64,000 nucleotides of DNA from Eledone cirrhosa (lineage: Eukaryota): NCBI GenBank assembly GCA_964016885.1, contig OZ024741.1, positions 57,536,001 through 57,600,000 on the forward strand, written 5' to 3'. This document shows positions 13,959-24,759 of this stretch, in pieces; positions within the stretch are counted from its first letter, which is position 1, and every line of letters starts with the position of its first letter. Under the pieces are notes generated by a model that worked only from the letters and a program-made list of their open reading frames with translations, made no database searches and was not told the DNA's origin. Both the position numbers and the translations under genes were made by a program.

Positions 13959-14186
13959 TTGTACATTCTCATCTACATCTCATACAGGTATCATATGATT
14001 TATTTTTATGACAGTTTCTTTCAATGTGGCAATCTTCTCCAGTCAATATTCTTTAGGAATTATTCTAATTAGTCTCAAATATATTGAGATGTCATATAAC
14101 GGGAGAAGATTGCCACATTGAAAGAAACTGTCATAAAAATAAATCATATGATACCTGTATGAGATGTACAACATGAGAATGTACAA
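13959..14186. repeat. Fold-back inverted repeat, about 82-bp arms
   Basis: 13959-14040 is the near-perfect reverse complement of 14102-14186. Confidence 0.9.
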
Positions 14187-14699
14187 TAATTCAATCTGAA
14201 TTAAGAGGTTGTGTGCTTGAGACTTTTATAAATTAGTCAGTCCTTTCCAGATAGATGAGGTGGATGATTACTTCCAACATGTGAAAGTTAAATGTTTTTA
14301 GGAACATGTTCCTGAAGAGAGTCATCAATCTGAGCATTAAAGATTGGATGAATTGTTTAGCGAAGGTCACCACAAGAAAACATTTAAGACTCTGAGGTAT
14401 AGCATTTTTATGGACATTTGAGGCTTTTTGGCAACTGGGTCTCGGACAGTTCACTCACAACGGAGTTTGTTATAATCTTATTATATCTATATCGAATTAA
14501 ATTAGTGGTTGGCCTGCAGTGGTGTTTACCAAAGTAAATAACTCTGTGACCAACTCACTAAAACTTTCTGATTTCAAATACTGTCAAGGTCAACTTTGCT
14601 TTTCATTCTTCCAAAGTTGATAAAATAAAGTACCAGTGAAGTACAGGGGTTGGTATAATCGATTTCCTCTTCATCCCCAAATTGTGACTAAATTAGATA

Positions 14700-15340
14700 T
14701 TATTGGCAGTATCGCTAGAGGGTCTGACACCATGCTTTGCAGCAAGGAGTTACTGCCCTTTATAGTCAGATCAAATCCTGCCGAGGTTAACTTTGCGTTT
14801 CTTCCTTACGTGGTTGATAAAATAAAGCATCAGTAATACACTGGGATAATTGCTGGCCTTGTGCCAAATGTAGAAACAATTATTAGTATCACAAACGTAA
14901 TTCCTCATATCTTTAGTATAATTGTTTCTACTTTAGGCACAAGGCCAGCAATTACCCAGTGCATTACTGGTACTTTATTTTATCGACCCCGTAAGGATGA
15001 AAGGCAAAGTCAACCTCGGCGGGATTTGAACTCAGATCGTAAAGGGACGTAACTATGCTGGAAAGCATGGAGTCCGACCCTCTACCGATACTGCCAATCC
15101 ACCGCATGGAATACTTTGAGGGCAGCAGATTGACAGTAATGGTAGAACATTGGATAACATGCTTTGTGGCATATAGTTATGGCCCTTTACATTCTGAGTT
15201 CAAATCCTCCCAAGATTAGCTTTGCCTTTTATCCTTATAGGACCAGTAAAATAAAGTACCAGTATTGCACTGGTGTCGATTTAATCGACTTTCTCCTCCC
15301 CCCAAAATTGTTGGTCTTGTGCATAAATCAGAAACCAGTA
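14700..15340. mobile_element. Cluster of three SINE family B copies (+, -, +)
   Basis: Repeated gttcaaatcc...ctttgcctttcatcc...aaataaagtaccagt motif in alternating orientation. Confidence 0.8.
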
Positions 15341-16269
15341 TAATTTAAATACTTTTATTTCACATAATTATGCACACAAATAAACACATTTATATTTGAA
15401 AAAATAACAATAACAAGAACCTTATGAGTGACACAGCTCCCCCAAATGTCTCAAACGCCACCATAAATAAACTGGTTTCAGAATATAGGCACAACTTAAA
15501 ACCAGCAAAAGAAGTCAGTTTGTTTAAATACCATAACAAACACAGAAAACCCTTGAATTCCTATTTAACTCTTTTGATAGAAATCTACCTATGATACAAA
15601 ACTGTTTGTTTTCAAGTGTTTATATTTATCTAAAAAAACCCTTCATGATAATTTTATGTTAGAACCTTCACCAAGTTATATTCTAAACAACTTGTTAATG
15701 AGAAAGTTAGTTATATTACTAAATCCCTCCAAATTCTTTTATTATTTTCAAAATTATTTGAAAACCATAAGCAGTGTCTTTTATTAGAAATATGGTATTA
15801 TTATTAAATTATTTTTTCTTAGAAAAAAGTAACTTTTCTCCTGTGATTTTATTTACTTTCTCAGAATTTCAGTTGGTGAGGCTCTAAGCTATGTAAAGCC
15901 TGGAGGCCCCTCGTTAAATTACACCAAGTTTCACAAAAATTGAAAACATTTTTGACTTTAAATGGAGCAGCTAGTGTTAGTTTATGTCAGCAAGAGTAAA
16001 TTCAGAAAAAAAAATCTATAAAAAAACATGTTTTGGATGGAATTATCTTCATTGGAAAATACATTGTTAAACCATCTAACATGCAGAGTGGATGCCCTGT
16101 GACCTGGCCACCTAAGAGATCTAATTGCATTATACTCTGCTGTAGCTGGAGTATGTCTGTTTTGGTTGCTTACTGCTCTAATGAACAGTCGTCTCCTCTG
16201 AGTTGATCTCTCCCTGTCATGTCTCTGATCTTTTTTTCTCAACCAATCTGACTGTTTTGAAAAAAAATG

Positions 16270-17400
16270 ATTTAGGAATCTAACCCATTGCAGTGTGCAA
16301 CATCTTTTGGCGATTTGTATCCAAGTGCCTGCAGGTTAGTCATAGAGGATTTCAGCAAGGAACTATGCCTTGTTCAGCTCAAGGTAGGGGTTAAATACGA
16401 TTGTGAGGCTGTTGCTCTTGTGGCCAGACATTTTATTGAGCAGCAATTGTAAAGCTGGACATGCAAAATACCTTTAATAGTGTTAGGCATGGCCACATTT
16501 TAGAGATGTGCCAAAGATAGGCCCCTTGATACTCTCTCTGGCATATATCTCTTATGGGATACTCAACACAATCATTGCTGCTGGCAACAAGATCACATCC
16601 ACAATAAGAGTCCAGCTAAGTGACCCACTTGGACCACTTTTCTTTGTGTTGGCTGTTGTTGACATTGCCAACTCACTCTGCTCACTTTTCAATGTCTGTT
16701 ATTTAAATGACATGACACTGGGTGGCCCAGTTTAATCTGTCGTTGATGACTTTCAGCAAATCATTCCAACCCTCATTCCTCAGTCTTGAAATTAACAAGT
16801 CTGAGGTGATGTGAGCTATACTGAAACTCAATTTGAAGATGCTGTACTCAGCATTCAGCCTGTCTTGATTATGGGACATCTAACTCCAAGAGACAATGAC
16901 TACATTCTCAGCTCTCAAATCCTCTTGATAGTCATATGAGAGTGTCTGGAGATCAAACAAACTGACCTGGCAAGAATGATGGAGAGATTGTACATCATCG
17001 ATATGCATCTTATGTCTCCCTCCTAAGGAACTATTTTGTCCTCCCTAAATTCCTCCACGTGTTGCACAATGTGCTTTGTCAACCTCACAAGGATTGCTTC
17101 AATGAATTTGTCACCACTATCCATCACTGCATTGAACTCATCTGTAATATTTGTGCAATATCTGACCTGGTTTACCTGCACCACTGAACATGAGGTTCAA
17201 GTGGTGTAGATATCTGTGCAACTTCTGAACTGTCTTCCATCAATGAGATTCTCCACTAGACATCAGAGCCAAACGTAAACTGGGAACTTAGGTCAGTTCT
17301 GGCTGTCAGGGTTGACGATGGCTTCTCTGCCTCCTTCTCTCCAAGTATGTAGGTTTCCAAGGCAACTGGGATGACATTAAGTGCAAGTTAACCTTCTGAG
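16270..17400 (+). mobile_element. Degenerate CRE-type non-LTR retrotransposon RT fragment
   Basis: Translatable remnants PIAVCNIFWRFVSKC, KLDMQNTFNSV, QLSDPLGPLFFVL and YLNDMTLGGP. Confidence 0.7.
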
Positions 17401-17890
17401 CCTTGAAACAAGAGAGTAGACTGATCTGTCCTTAACCACCAGGATCCCAAGTGTTCGAGTCACAAAACCAAACAGCTGATTCCAGACTGTTGGTATTAAG
17501 CGCATGGTTGATAGCTGACATTAACACTTCAGCTTCAAGGTCCTGCCTGAGGTGAGAGATCACTATCAAGATTTTGCTTTTGTTGAGTTGGGTCAGGCCC
17601 CTGTGTCTTCTTGTGGTGATAAGATGGCAAAGAGCACAGTAGTGCCACCAATACAGAGATTCCGACACATATCTGGTAAGTTTGATGCAAGGAAGGTGGA
17701 ATAAATTGTCGTGGCTGGAAATATTTCTTCTTTGCCTATTGCATGTGGTTATGATTGACTCCCTGCAATGTGAAGAGCTGAGGAGGAGAGGAAATCTGAA
17801 AAAAACCTGGACAATATCAGAGGTGAGGTGAGTGATGAGGTTTGAAAAACAAAAAAAATGTGTGTGTATATATATATATATATATATTAA

Positions 17891-18300
17891 TATTGGTGTG
17901 CTCTGAAATAGCGATGTATACATGAATACATGTATAGTATATTTGGCAATATACTGTATGTTTAATTAATAACATTTAGAAGACCATTCGTTATCACTTT
18001 TAAAGTAGTGACTATGTCACTTACTTATTTTTGGCAAAGGTAGGGAGAGAGGCTGACAGGCTGTTTCTCCCTGATTGGCGTTTATCAAATCCAGCTTTTA
18101 TAATTTTCGACAAAGGCAGGGGAGTGCATCGTTTTGATAAATGCCAAACAGTGAGAAACAAACTGTCAGCCTTTCTCCCTACCTTTGCTGAAAATAAGTA
18201 AGTGACATAGTCACTACTTTAAAACTGATAGCGAATGGTCTTCTAAATGTTTTTAATTAAACATACGGTATATTGCTAAATATACTATACATACATTCAT
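17891..18300. mobile_element. Asymmetric fold-back element related to the 310-bp retrozyme unit
   Basis: Arms ~17913-18090 and ~18133-18300 are reverse complements; the left terminus (attgg..tgctctgaaatagcgat...aacattt.gaagacc) matches the array end at 40951; flanked by (TA)n. Confidence 0.8.
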
Positions 18301-18429
18301 ATATATATATATCTGAAATATTCGAGGTCCGTGGGTAATCGGCTGGCTGGACAGGATGGTAAATAGAGCAGTCACAAGGCGTAGGTAAATATCTAGGTTC
18401 GAAATACTATGTATGCGTAAAAAATATAG

Positions 18430-18716
18430 TTTAAGAAGACAACAAACAGAGGTACAAAAAGTCTTATGCTTTATATGGAAAAAAGGAAAGTTTAACGTTT
18501 TGGGCTTAAGCCCTTCTTCAGGAGAACAAAATAGAGACAGGATCACAAAGGAGAAACAGAAGAAAAGGAGGTCCAAGTAAAGAAAAAAAATTCTTTATGA
18601 TCCTGTCTCTATTCCGTACTGCTGAAGAAGGGCTTCAGCCCGACACGTCGAACTTTCTTTCCTCTTTCCATATAAAGCATGAAACTAATAAGACTTTTTG
18701 TACCTATGTTTGTTGT
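18430..18716. mobile_element. Inverted pair of PLE-type pLTR relics with degenerate hammerhead cores
   Basis: Plus copy ctgaaga-agggcttcagccc-gacac-gtc (from ~18622); minus copy ctgaaga-agggcttaagccc-aaaac-gtta; a related copy lies at 11570-11655 plus 12081-12125. Confidence 0.6.
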
Positions 18717-18749
18717 TTGATATATATATACACACACACATTCACCATA

Positions 18750-18802
<53 letters not shown>

Positions 18803-19177
18803 TACATATGCACATGTATATACATATACTCACACAAACGTACATTCACATATACACATATATTAAAAAAATAAACAAACAAAAGGAGCGTAGTTCTGAG
18901 TGGGCGTAGACATGCATACAGATATAGCAGTTCTAGATTAAACCTCAAATGTTAGGGGTAAAAGCGTAAAAAAGAGGGATAAGCAGTTCCGAGTGGCCTT
19001 ATTTTCGATTGTTCGGTTTTGTCTCGTCTCGTTTCCTGTTTTATTTTTGTGAGTGATAACATTCCTCCGGGCATAGCTGATTGCTTGGCACTACAACGCT
19101 ATTAGCTGTCAGTCGTGAAAGCAGGCGAAGGTGACGTCATTCGTCATCGTTTATTTCCGTATTAAAAAACTAGGGCA

Positions 19178-19236
19178 TGTATAAAGCAGCTAAAAGATGT
19201 ATAAAGCAGCTAAAAGATGTATAAAGCAGCTAAAAG
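19178..19236. repeat. 20-bp tandem repeat x3 (atgtataaagcagctaaaag)
   Basis: Read directly from the sequence. Confidence 0.9.
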
Positions 19237-19557
19237 TTTCTGTTGTTGATTTTTTTTTCGTTGCCTTAATGTACTAAAAGATCTTGTTTGTAGCTGGTAG
19301 ATCTTTGGCAATATATTCTATCTCCAATCTTTCTAGTTTTTTAATGATCAGCTGTCATGGCTTACTAGCTCTATACGGACATTTAAATTGATTAAATAAT
19401 TAAATAAATCAGGGTAGCCCTAAAAAGCACGACTATTGACTAATTTAATAGTTGAAGGGAAATAACTCATAAAGTATGCTTACTGAAGATAAGTGCTGTC
19501 CCTTATATACTTGGACGCGGATGGCTACTTATTTTGTTGCTATAAACACTATTTATA

Positions 19558-19720
19558 TAATTGTTTCTACTTTAGGCACAAGGCCAGCAATTATCTCAGT
19601 GCATTACTGGTACTTTATTTTATCGACCCCGTAAGGATGAAAGGCAAAGTTAACCTCGGCGGGATTTGAACTCAGAATGGCAAGGGTCGTAACTCTATGC
19701 GTCAAAGCATGGCGTCCGAT
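19558..19720 (-). mobile_element. SINE family B copy
   Basis: Matches the family B consensus in reverse orientation. Confidence 0.8.
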
Positions 19721-20467
19721 TAATGCGAATGAATGTGATTCACGAAATATATAAATCAATAAAAATTAGCAGAAAAAAAACAAACCGGAAAAAAAGAAAG
19801 AAAGTATGTACACTCGATCACCATTTCCGTTCCGAGAGATCCTCCATCACCTTCATTGAAGTCATTGAGGCCAGCTTGTTTCATTGACTGACTTGGCAAA
19901 CTCATACGGAACGGAAGATGTCTTAATATCAGCAATTGATTGATCATTTTCTTTTTGTGCTGGTTACCATTGCAACCTCCAGTGTCCTCCTTGGTCCCCA
20001 AACTACCCTTTTCTTTCACAATATTGGGAGAGGGATATCTCATTTAAGGAAAGAGCTCTATGGGGTGGAATGGCTGATGCCGTGGGTTTGCTGGCTGTTC
20101 TCCATGGCAACACTTCCACCACTTTGTCAGTTAGGTGCAGCCAAGATGTTTCATAGTCAAGGGTGCAGAGTTTATATATCCTTGCAAGCAGGGAAAAGCG
20201 GACGTAAGGAAACGATCAACTTTCGGCAAATCGGACCGAGGGAACAATGTTTCCGTTGGTCTTTCCAGTTGTTAATACTATCTATCGGTCGCAACTCCAG
20301 GTAGAAGGAACAACATGAAATAAAGTGTCTTGCTCAAGCACATAATGCATCAGGTCCAGGAATCGAACTGACAACCTCATGATTGCGAATCCAGTTCTCT
20401 AACCAATCAGCCAGATTCCTTCACCGGCGTGAAGTAGACGTAAAATGATGATAATGTTGATAATTGA

Positions 20468-20745
20468 TATATATATATATATATATCTATATCTATATCT
20501 ATATATATATCTATATCTCTATATATATATATATCTATATATATATATATATCTATATATATCTATATATCTATATCTATCTATATATATATATATATAG
20601 ATATAGATATATATATATATATATATCTATATATATCTATATATATATATATATATCTATATATATATATCTATATATATATATCTATATATATATATCT
20701 ATATATATATATCTATATATATATCTATATATATATATATCTATA

Positions 20746-20780
<35 letters not shown>

Positions 20781-20825
20781 ATCTATATATATATATATAT
20801 ATATCTATATATATATATATATATA
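20468..20825. repeat. Long (TA)n/(TATC)n microsatellite
   Basis: Read directly from the sequence. Confidence 0.98.
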
Positions 20826-22982
20826 GGCTACTGATGAAACCTGTGGCTGGAGCAGAGCTCCAACCAGACAGAGAGTGACCTGGTGGTGGAACAGCAGTGT
20901 AGATAAGGCTATTAGAGACAAAAGACTAGCATGGAAGGCTTGGAATAAGGGTGGGAGTAGGGAAGAATATACAGCCACTAAGAGAGAAGCTAGACGTCAG
21001 GTGTACTTAGCACGCAGGGAGGCAGAGAGTAGGAGGTTTGCCAATGTTCTGCGACGGGAAGATCAGAGGCGTGCGGTGTTCCACATTGCAAGGCAGTGTG
21101 TCAATGCAAATCAGGATGTTGTTGGTGATAAATGTGTCCGGGATGATGCCGGTGTACTTAGTGTCACGAATGACCAGAAAAAGGAGGCCTGGAAATGTCA
21201 TTATGAGAGACTGATGAATGTGGAGAACGAATGGGAGAGAGAGAAATTACCCTTGGTAGATCCGACAGAGGGACCAGCTATTGAGATTGACGAATATAGG
21301 GTCCAAGAGGCGATTAGGGAAATGAAAAATGGTAAGGCGGCCGGACCATCGGGAATAGTTGCTGAGATGCTGAAGGCATCAGGGGACGTAGGCACTAAAC
21401 TGGTTGCACGCATAATCAATCAGGCTATATATGGTGGTGTCATACCCAAAGACTGGTGCAGCAGTATTCTCATAAATTGCTACAAAGGTAAAGGGGATGC
21501 TTTGGAGAGGAGCAATTATAGGGGTATAAAACTGATAGATCAGGTTATGAAAGTGGCAGAAAGGATTTTAGCACAACTAATTAGAGAAAGGGTCAAACTA
21601 GATGAGATGCAGTTTGGTTTTGTGCCTGGGAAGAGTACAACAGATGCCCTCTTCTTGGTGAGACAAATGCAAGAGAGGTTCTTAGAGAAGAATAAGCCAC
21701 TATACTTGGCCTTTGTTGACCTAGAGAAGGCCTTTGATAGGGTACCCCGATCTGTCATCTGGTGGTCCCTAAGGAAGCTGGGTGTTGAGGAATGGCTTGT
21801 AAGGACAGTGCAAACTTTGTACAGAGGTACTCTCAGTAAAGTCAGGGTAGGAATGGAGTTTAGTGAGGAATTCCAGATACAAGTAGGAGTACATCAGGGT
21901 TCGGTCCTCAGCCCGCTCTTGTTCATTATAGTCCTCCAAGCCATAACAGAGGAGTTTAAGACTGGCTGTCCATGGGAACTTCTCTATGCTGACGATCTGG
22001 CTCTTATGGCAGAATCAGTAGAGGAGCTAGAGAATAAATTCCGGCTATGGAAACAGCAGTTGGAAGCAAGAGGACTGAGAGTAAATCTAGCTAAGACAAA
22101 AGTGTTGATGAGTAGAAAAGAGGACAAAACCCTGATTCCGTCAGGGAAATGGCCATGTTCGATATGCAGAAAAGGAACTGGCATAAATTCTATAAAATGC
22201 ACACAATGTAGGTCCTGGGTACACAAGAGATGTAGCGGGATAGCAGGCAAACTAACAGGTAGGGAGAAATATGTATGCAGTAGATGTACAGGGAAATTAG
22301 ACAGTAGAAGTCGCACTGATAGACACATTTTTCAAATGCGAGAGGGCGCTATAGAAGTGGTGGATAGCTTCCGGTACCTAGGAGATCAGATTAGCATGGG
22401 AGGAGGGTGTTCCGAGGCCATAGTATCTAGAATAAGGACGGGTTGGAAGAAGTTTAGGGAGCTGCTTCCTCTGTTGACGAAGAAGGGTTTCTCCCTGCGT
22501 ACGAAAGGCCGGTTGTATGATGCCTGTGTGAGGAGCGCGATGCTGCATGGTAGTGAGACATGGGCAGCTACCGCAGAAGATATGCGACGGCTGGAGAGAA
22601 ATGAGGCAAGCATGCTCCGTTGGATGTGCAGTGTAAATGTGCGTGAACGACCCAGCATAAATGTGTTGAGAGAGAAACTGTGTCTGAGAGGGATAGAATG
22701 TAGTGTACGGGAGAGGAGACTGAGGTGGTATGGACATGTGATGCGCATGGAGGATGACCGATGGGTGAAGAAGTGCCAGGAAATGCCAGTTGAAGGAAGA
22801 CGTGGTAGAGGTAGACCACGAAAAACATGGGCGGAGGTGGTGAGAACAGACCTCAGATCATTGAAGCTCACGGTGGAGATGACGAGGGACCGTGACGAGT
22901 GGAGAGATGCTGTGCTGAATAAGACCCGTCCCACCCTTGCAAGCAGGGAAAAGCGGACGTAAAATGATGATGATGATGATGA

Positions 22983-22985
<3 letters not shown>
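20826..22985 (+). mobile_element. RTE-clade LINE, 5'-truncated and young, with an uninterrupted 695-aa RT ORF (20875-22962) and (ATG)n tail
   Basis: KAAGPSG, NYRGIKL, QFGFVPGKSTTDA, FVDLEKAFDRVP, GVHQGSVLSPLLF, LYADDL, RRLRWYGHVMRM and GRRGRGRPRKTW; no APE domain; inserted between (TA)n tracts. Confidence 0.95.
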
Positions 22986-23062
<77 letters not shown>

Positions 23063-23085
23063 CTATATATATATATATATATATA

Positions 23086-23480
23086 AGCAAAAAGAAAAAG
23101 ATGGATTCCAAGTTCTACATAAGTTTAACACTTTACATATGTTTCAACTGTGATATAATTAACTGTAGTGAAATCAACTCACCAAAATATTCCTGATGTA
23201 GTCTTTAATTAATTCTACTTTAGTCTATATTTGTAATGTTTACTTTTGTTTAAAATACTTCTGACAATGGTGTGCAATGAAAATATCTGTTTTATATTTT
23301 TTTTCTTTACTCACACAAGTTACTTGTAAGATTCCATTTGTGACTAAATGTGTAATATTTATACTACACCTGAAACATATGTAAAGTATTAAACTTATGT
23401 AGAACTTTGACTCCAGCTTTCTTTTTTGCTTGTATACTACACTGTGTTTACATCTATCTTTCCATACCCTTTTCCTTAAA
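23086..23480 (+). mobile_element. PLE-type inverted pLTR relic with degenerate hammerhead (23254-23390)
   Basis: Inverted arms 23086-23146 and 23370-23431; aatactt-CTGACAA-ggtgt...acacc-GAAA-catatg-TA-aagtatt. Confidence 0.65.
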
Positions 23481-23625
23481 AACATTTCTTATTTATTACA
23501 TAAATACATTGAGCTCACCCTGAAAATATTTGGCAATTATATACTCCCATATATAACTCTCTACATACAAATTGAGTTATACATTCTATTACACTTACTC
23601 TCTCCTTCTCTCTCAATATATATAT

Positions 23626-23795
23626 ACCATATATTCTGGCACCGAAGACGCTTTGTCCTCGAGGACGCACCCTAATTTTCACAACCAAAAATTAAAAAAA
23701 AAATAATAAACAACCTTTGGCCTCCAGGATGCATGGTAGATTTTTGAAACTTATTTTATGAAAAAAGTAGCGTCTTCGATGCCGGGAGATGCGGT
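23626..23795. mobile_element. Tc1/mariner-type MITE, inverted copy of 7715-7880
   Basis: Shared internal sequence gaggacgcaccctaatttt...ggcctccagga.gcatggtagatttt. Confidence 0.65.
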
Positions 23796-23844
23796 GTTCA
23801 CACACACACACACATACATATATACATACATATATATAAATATA

Positions 23845-24320
23845 CTTGGGACACAGTGAACCGTTCTAGCACCACTCCATTGGTTGCTGTTTGGTTTGGA
23901 GATCATGGTGACTAAATGAGCCATAAAATCAGTCTCTTCCACTGCAAACTGGTCCAAAATCACCTTTGATGTCGACACTCTGATGTGCTTCTGATCTGCA
24001 TTCAGGCATTTTGATACCGATTTTGTGGAAAGCCTTCTTGTGTCCAGCATGTTGTGGATAATGGGGCTAACTCTTTCACGGGAAATCTCCTGAGTCTCAG
24101 CTATGACTTTAGCTGAAATCGAGCAGTCCCTGAGAATTATGACGTGTAGAGTGTCGGCTTTGTCCTCTGTGGTCGTGGAAGTTGGTTGTTCTGATGGGGG
24201 TTCATCTGTGACCTTGAAATGACCAGCCTGAAACATTGACATCCAGATTTTTATTGTGGAGTAAGATGGGCAGCCATCCTTCAAGACTTCCTTCATCTCG
24301 CCATGGATTTCTGCTGCTCC
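23845..24320 (-). mobile_element. mariner transposase N-terminal (HTH) fragment, degenerate
   Basis: PSYSTIKIWMSMFQAG..DEPPSEQPTS...IIHNMLDTRRLSTKSVSKCLNADQK resembles mariner HTH and WVPH-linker regions. Confidence 0.85.
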
Positions 24321-24759
24321 TTTTGCTTATTGTATCATGGTCTGCTTATCAGAATGACTAGATCTACCCAATATATATATATGTTAAACAATGAAAACAA
24401 AAAGATGATGTTCAGTGCTTAATTAATCCATTGTTTTATGATTGTTTCAAAGGGTGAAATGAAACATAATAATATTGATATATTATCAAATAGATATCAC
24501 TTATGTAACTCCATATTATTGGTCTTGACAAAACACATCCACCAGAGATAAACCATAAACGGATACAAGCACCTAATCTCCTCTTCAGGTACCCGCAAGA
24601 AATACAATGTTGTATGTTATAGTGAGTTCGTACAACAACTTAACTACACTGTCAAGGAGCAGTCTGGTCATTATGACTGCTGGTTTAGAGCCCCAGGGAG
24701 AGCCAGTGGATAATGAATGGGCTGAGACACAACATAAATATATAAAGAATATAGTCCTG

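Noticed and set aside
19756-20304. Overlapping 95-aa and 122-aa ORFs
   Set aside because: No recognisable homology, and they partly overlap SINE-derived sequence
20464-20826. ORFs rich in IY/TH/CV repeats here and elsewhere
   Set aside because: These are translations of (TA)n and (CA)n microsatellites
20831-20845. CTGATGA motifs inside LINEs (also near 11922)
   Set aside because: No supporting hammerhead stems; they lie in RTE coding sequence and the CR1 3' end
24437-24592. Minus-strand CTGAAGA...GAAA hammerhead candidate
   Set aside because: No convincing stem I or stem III pairing
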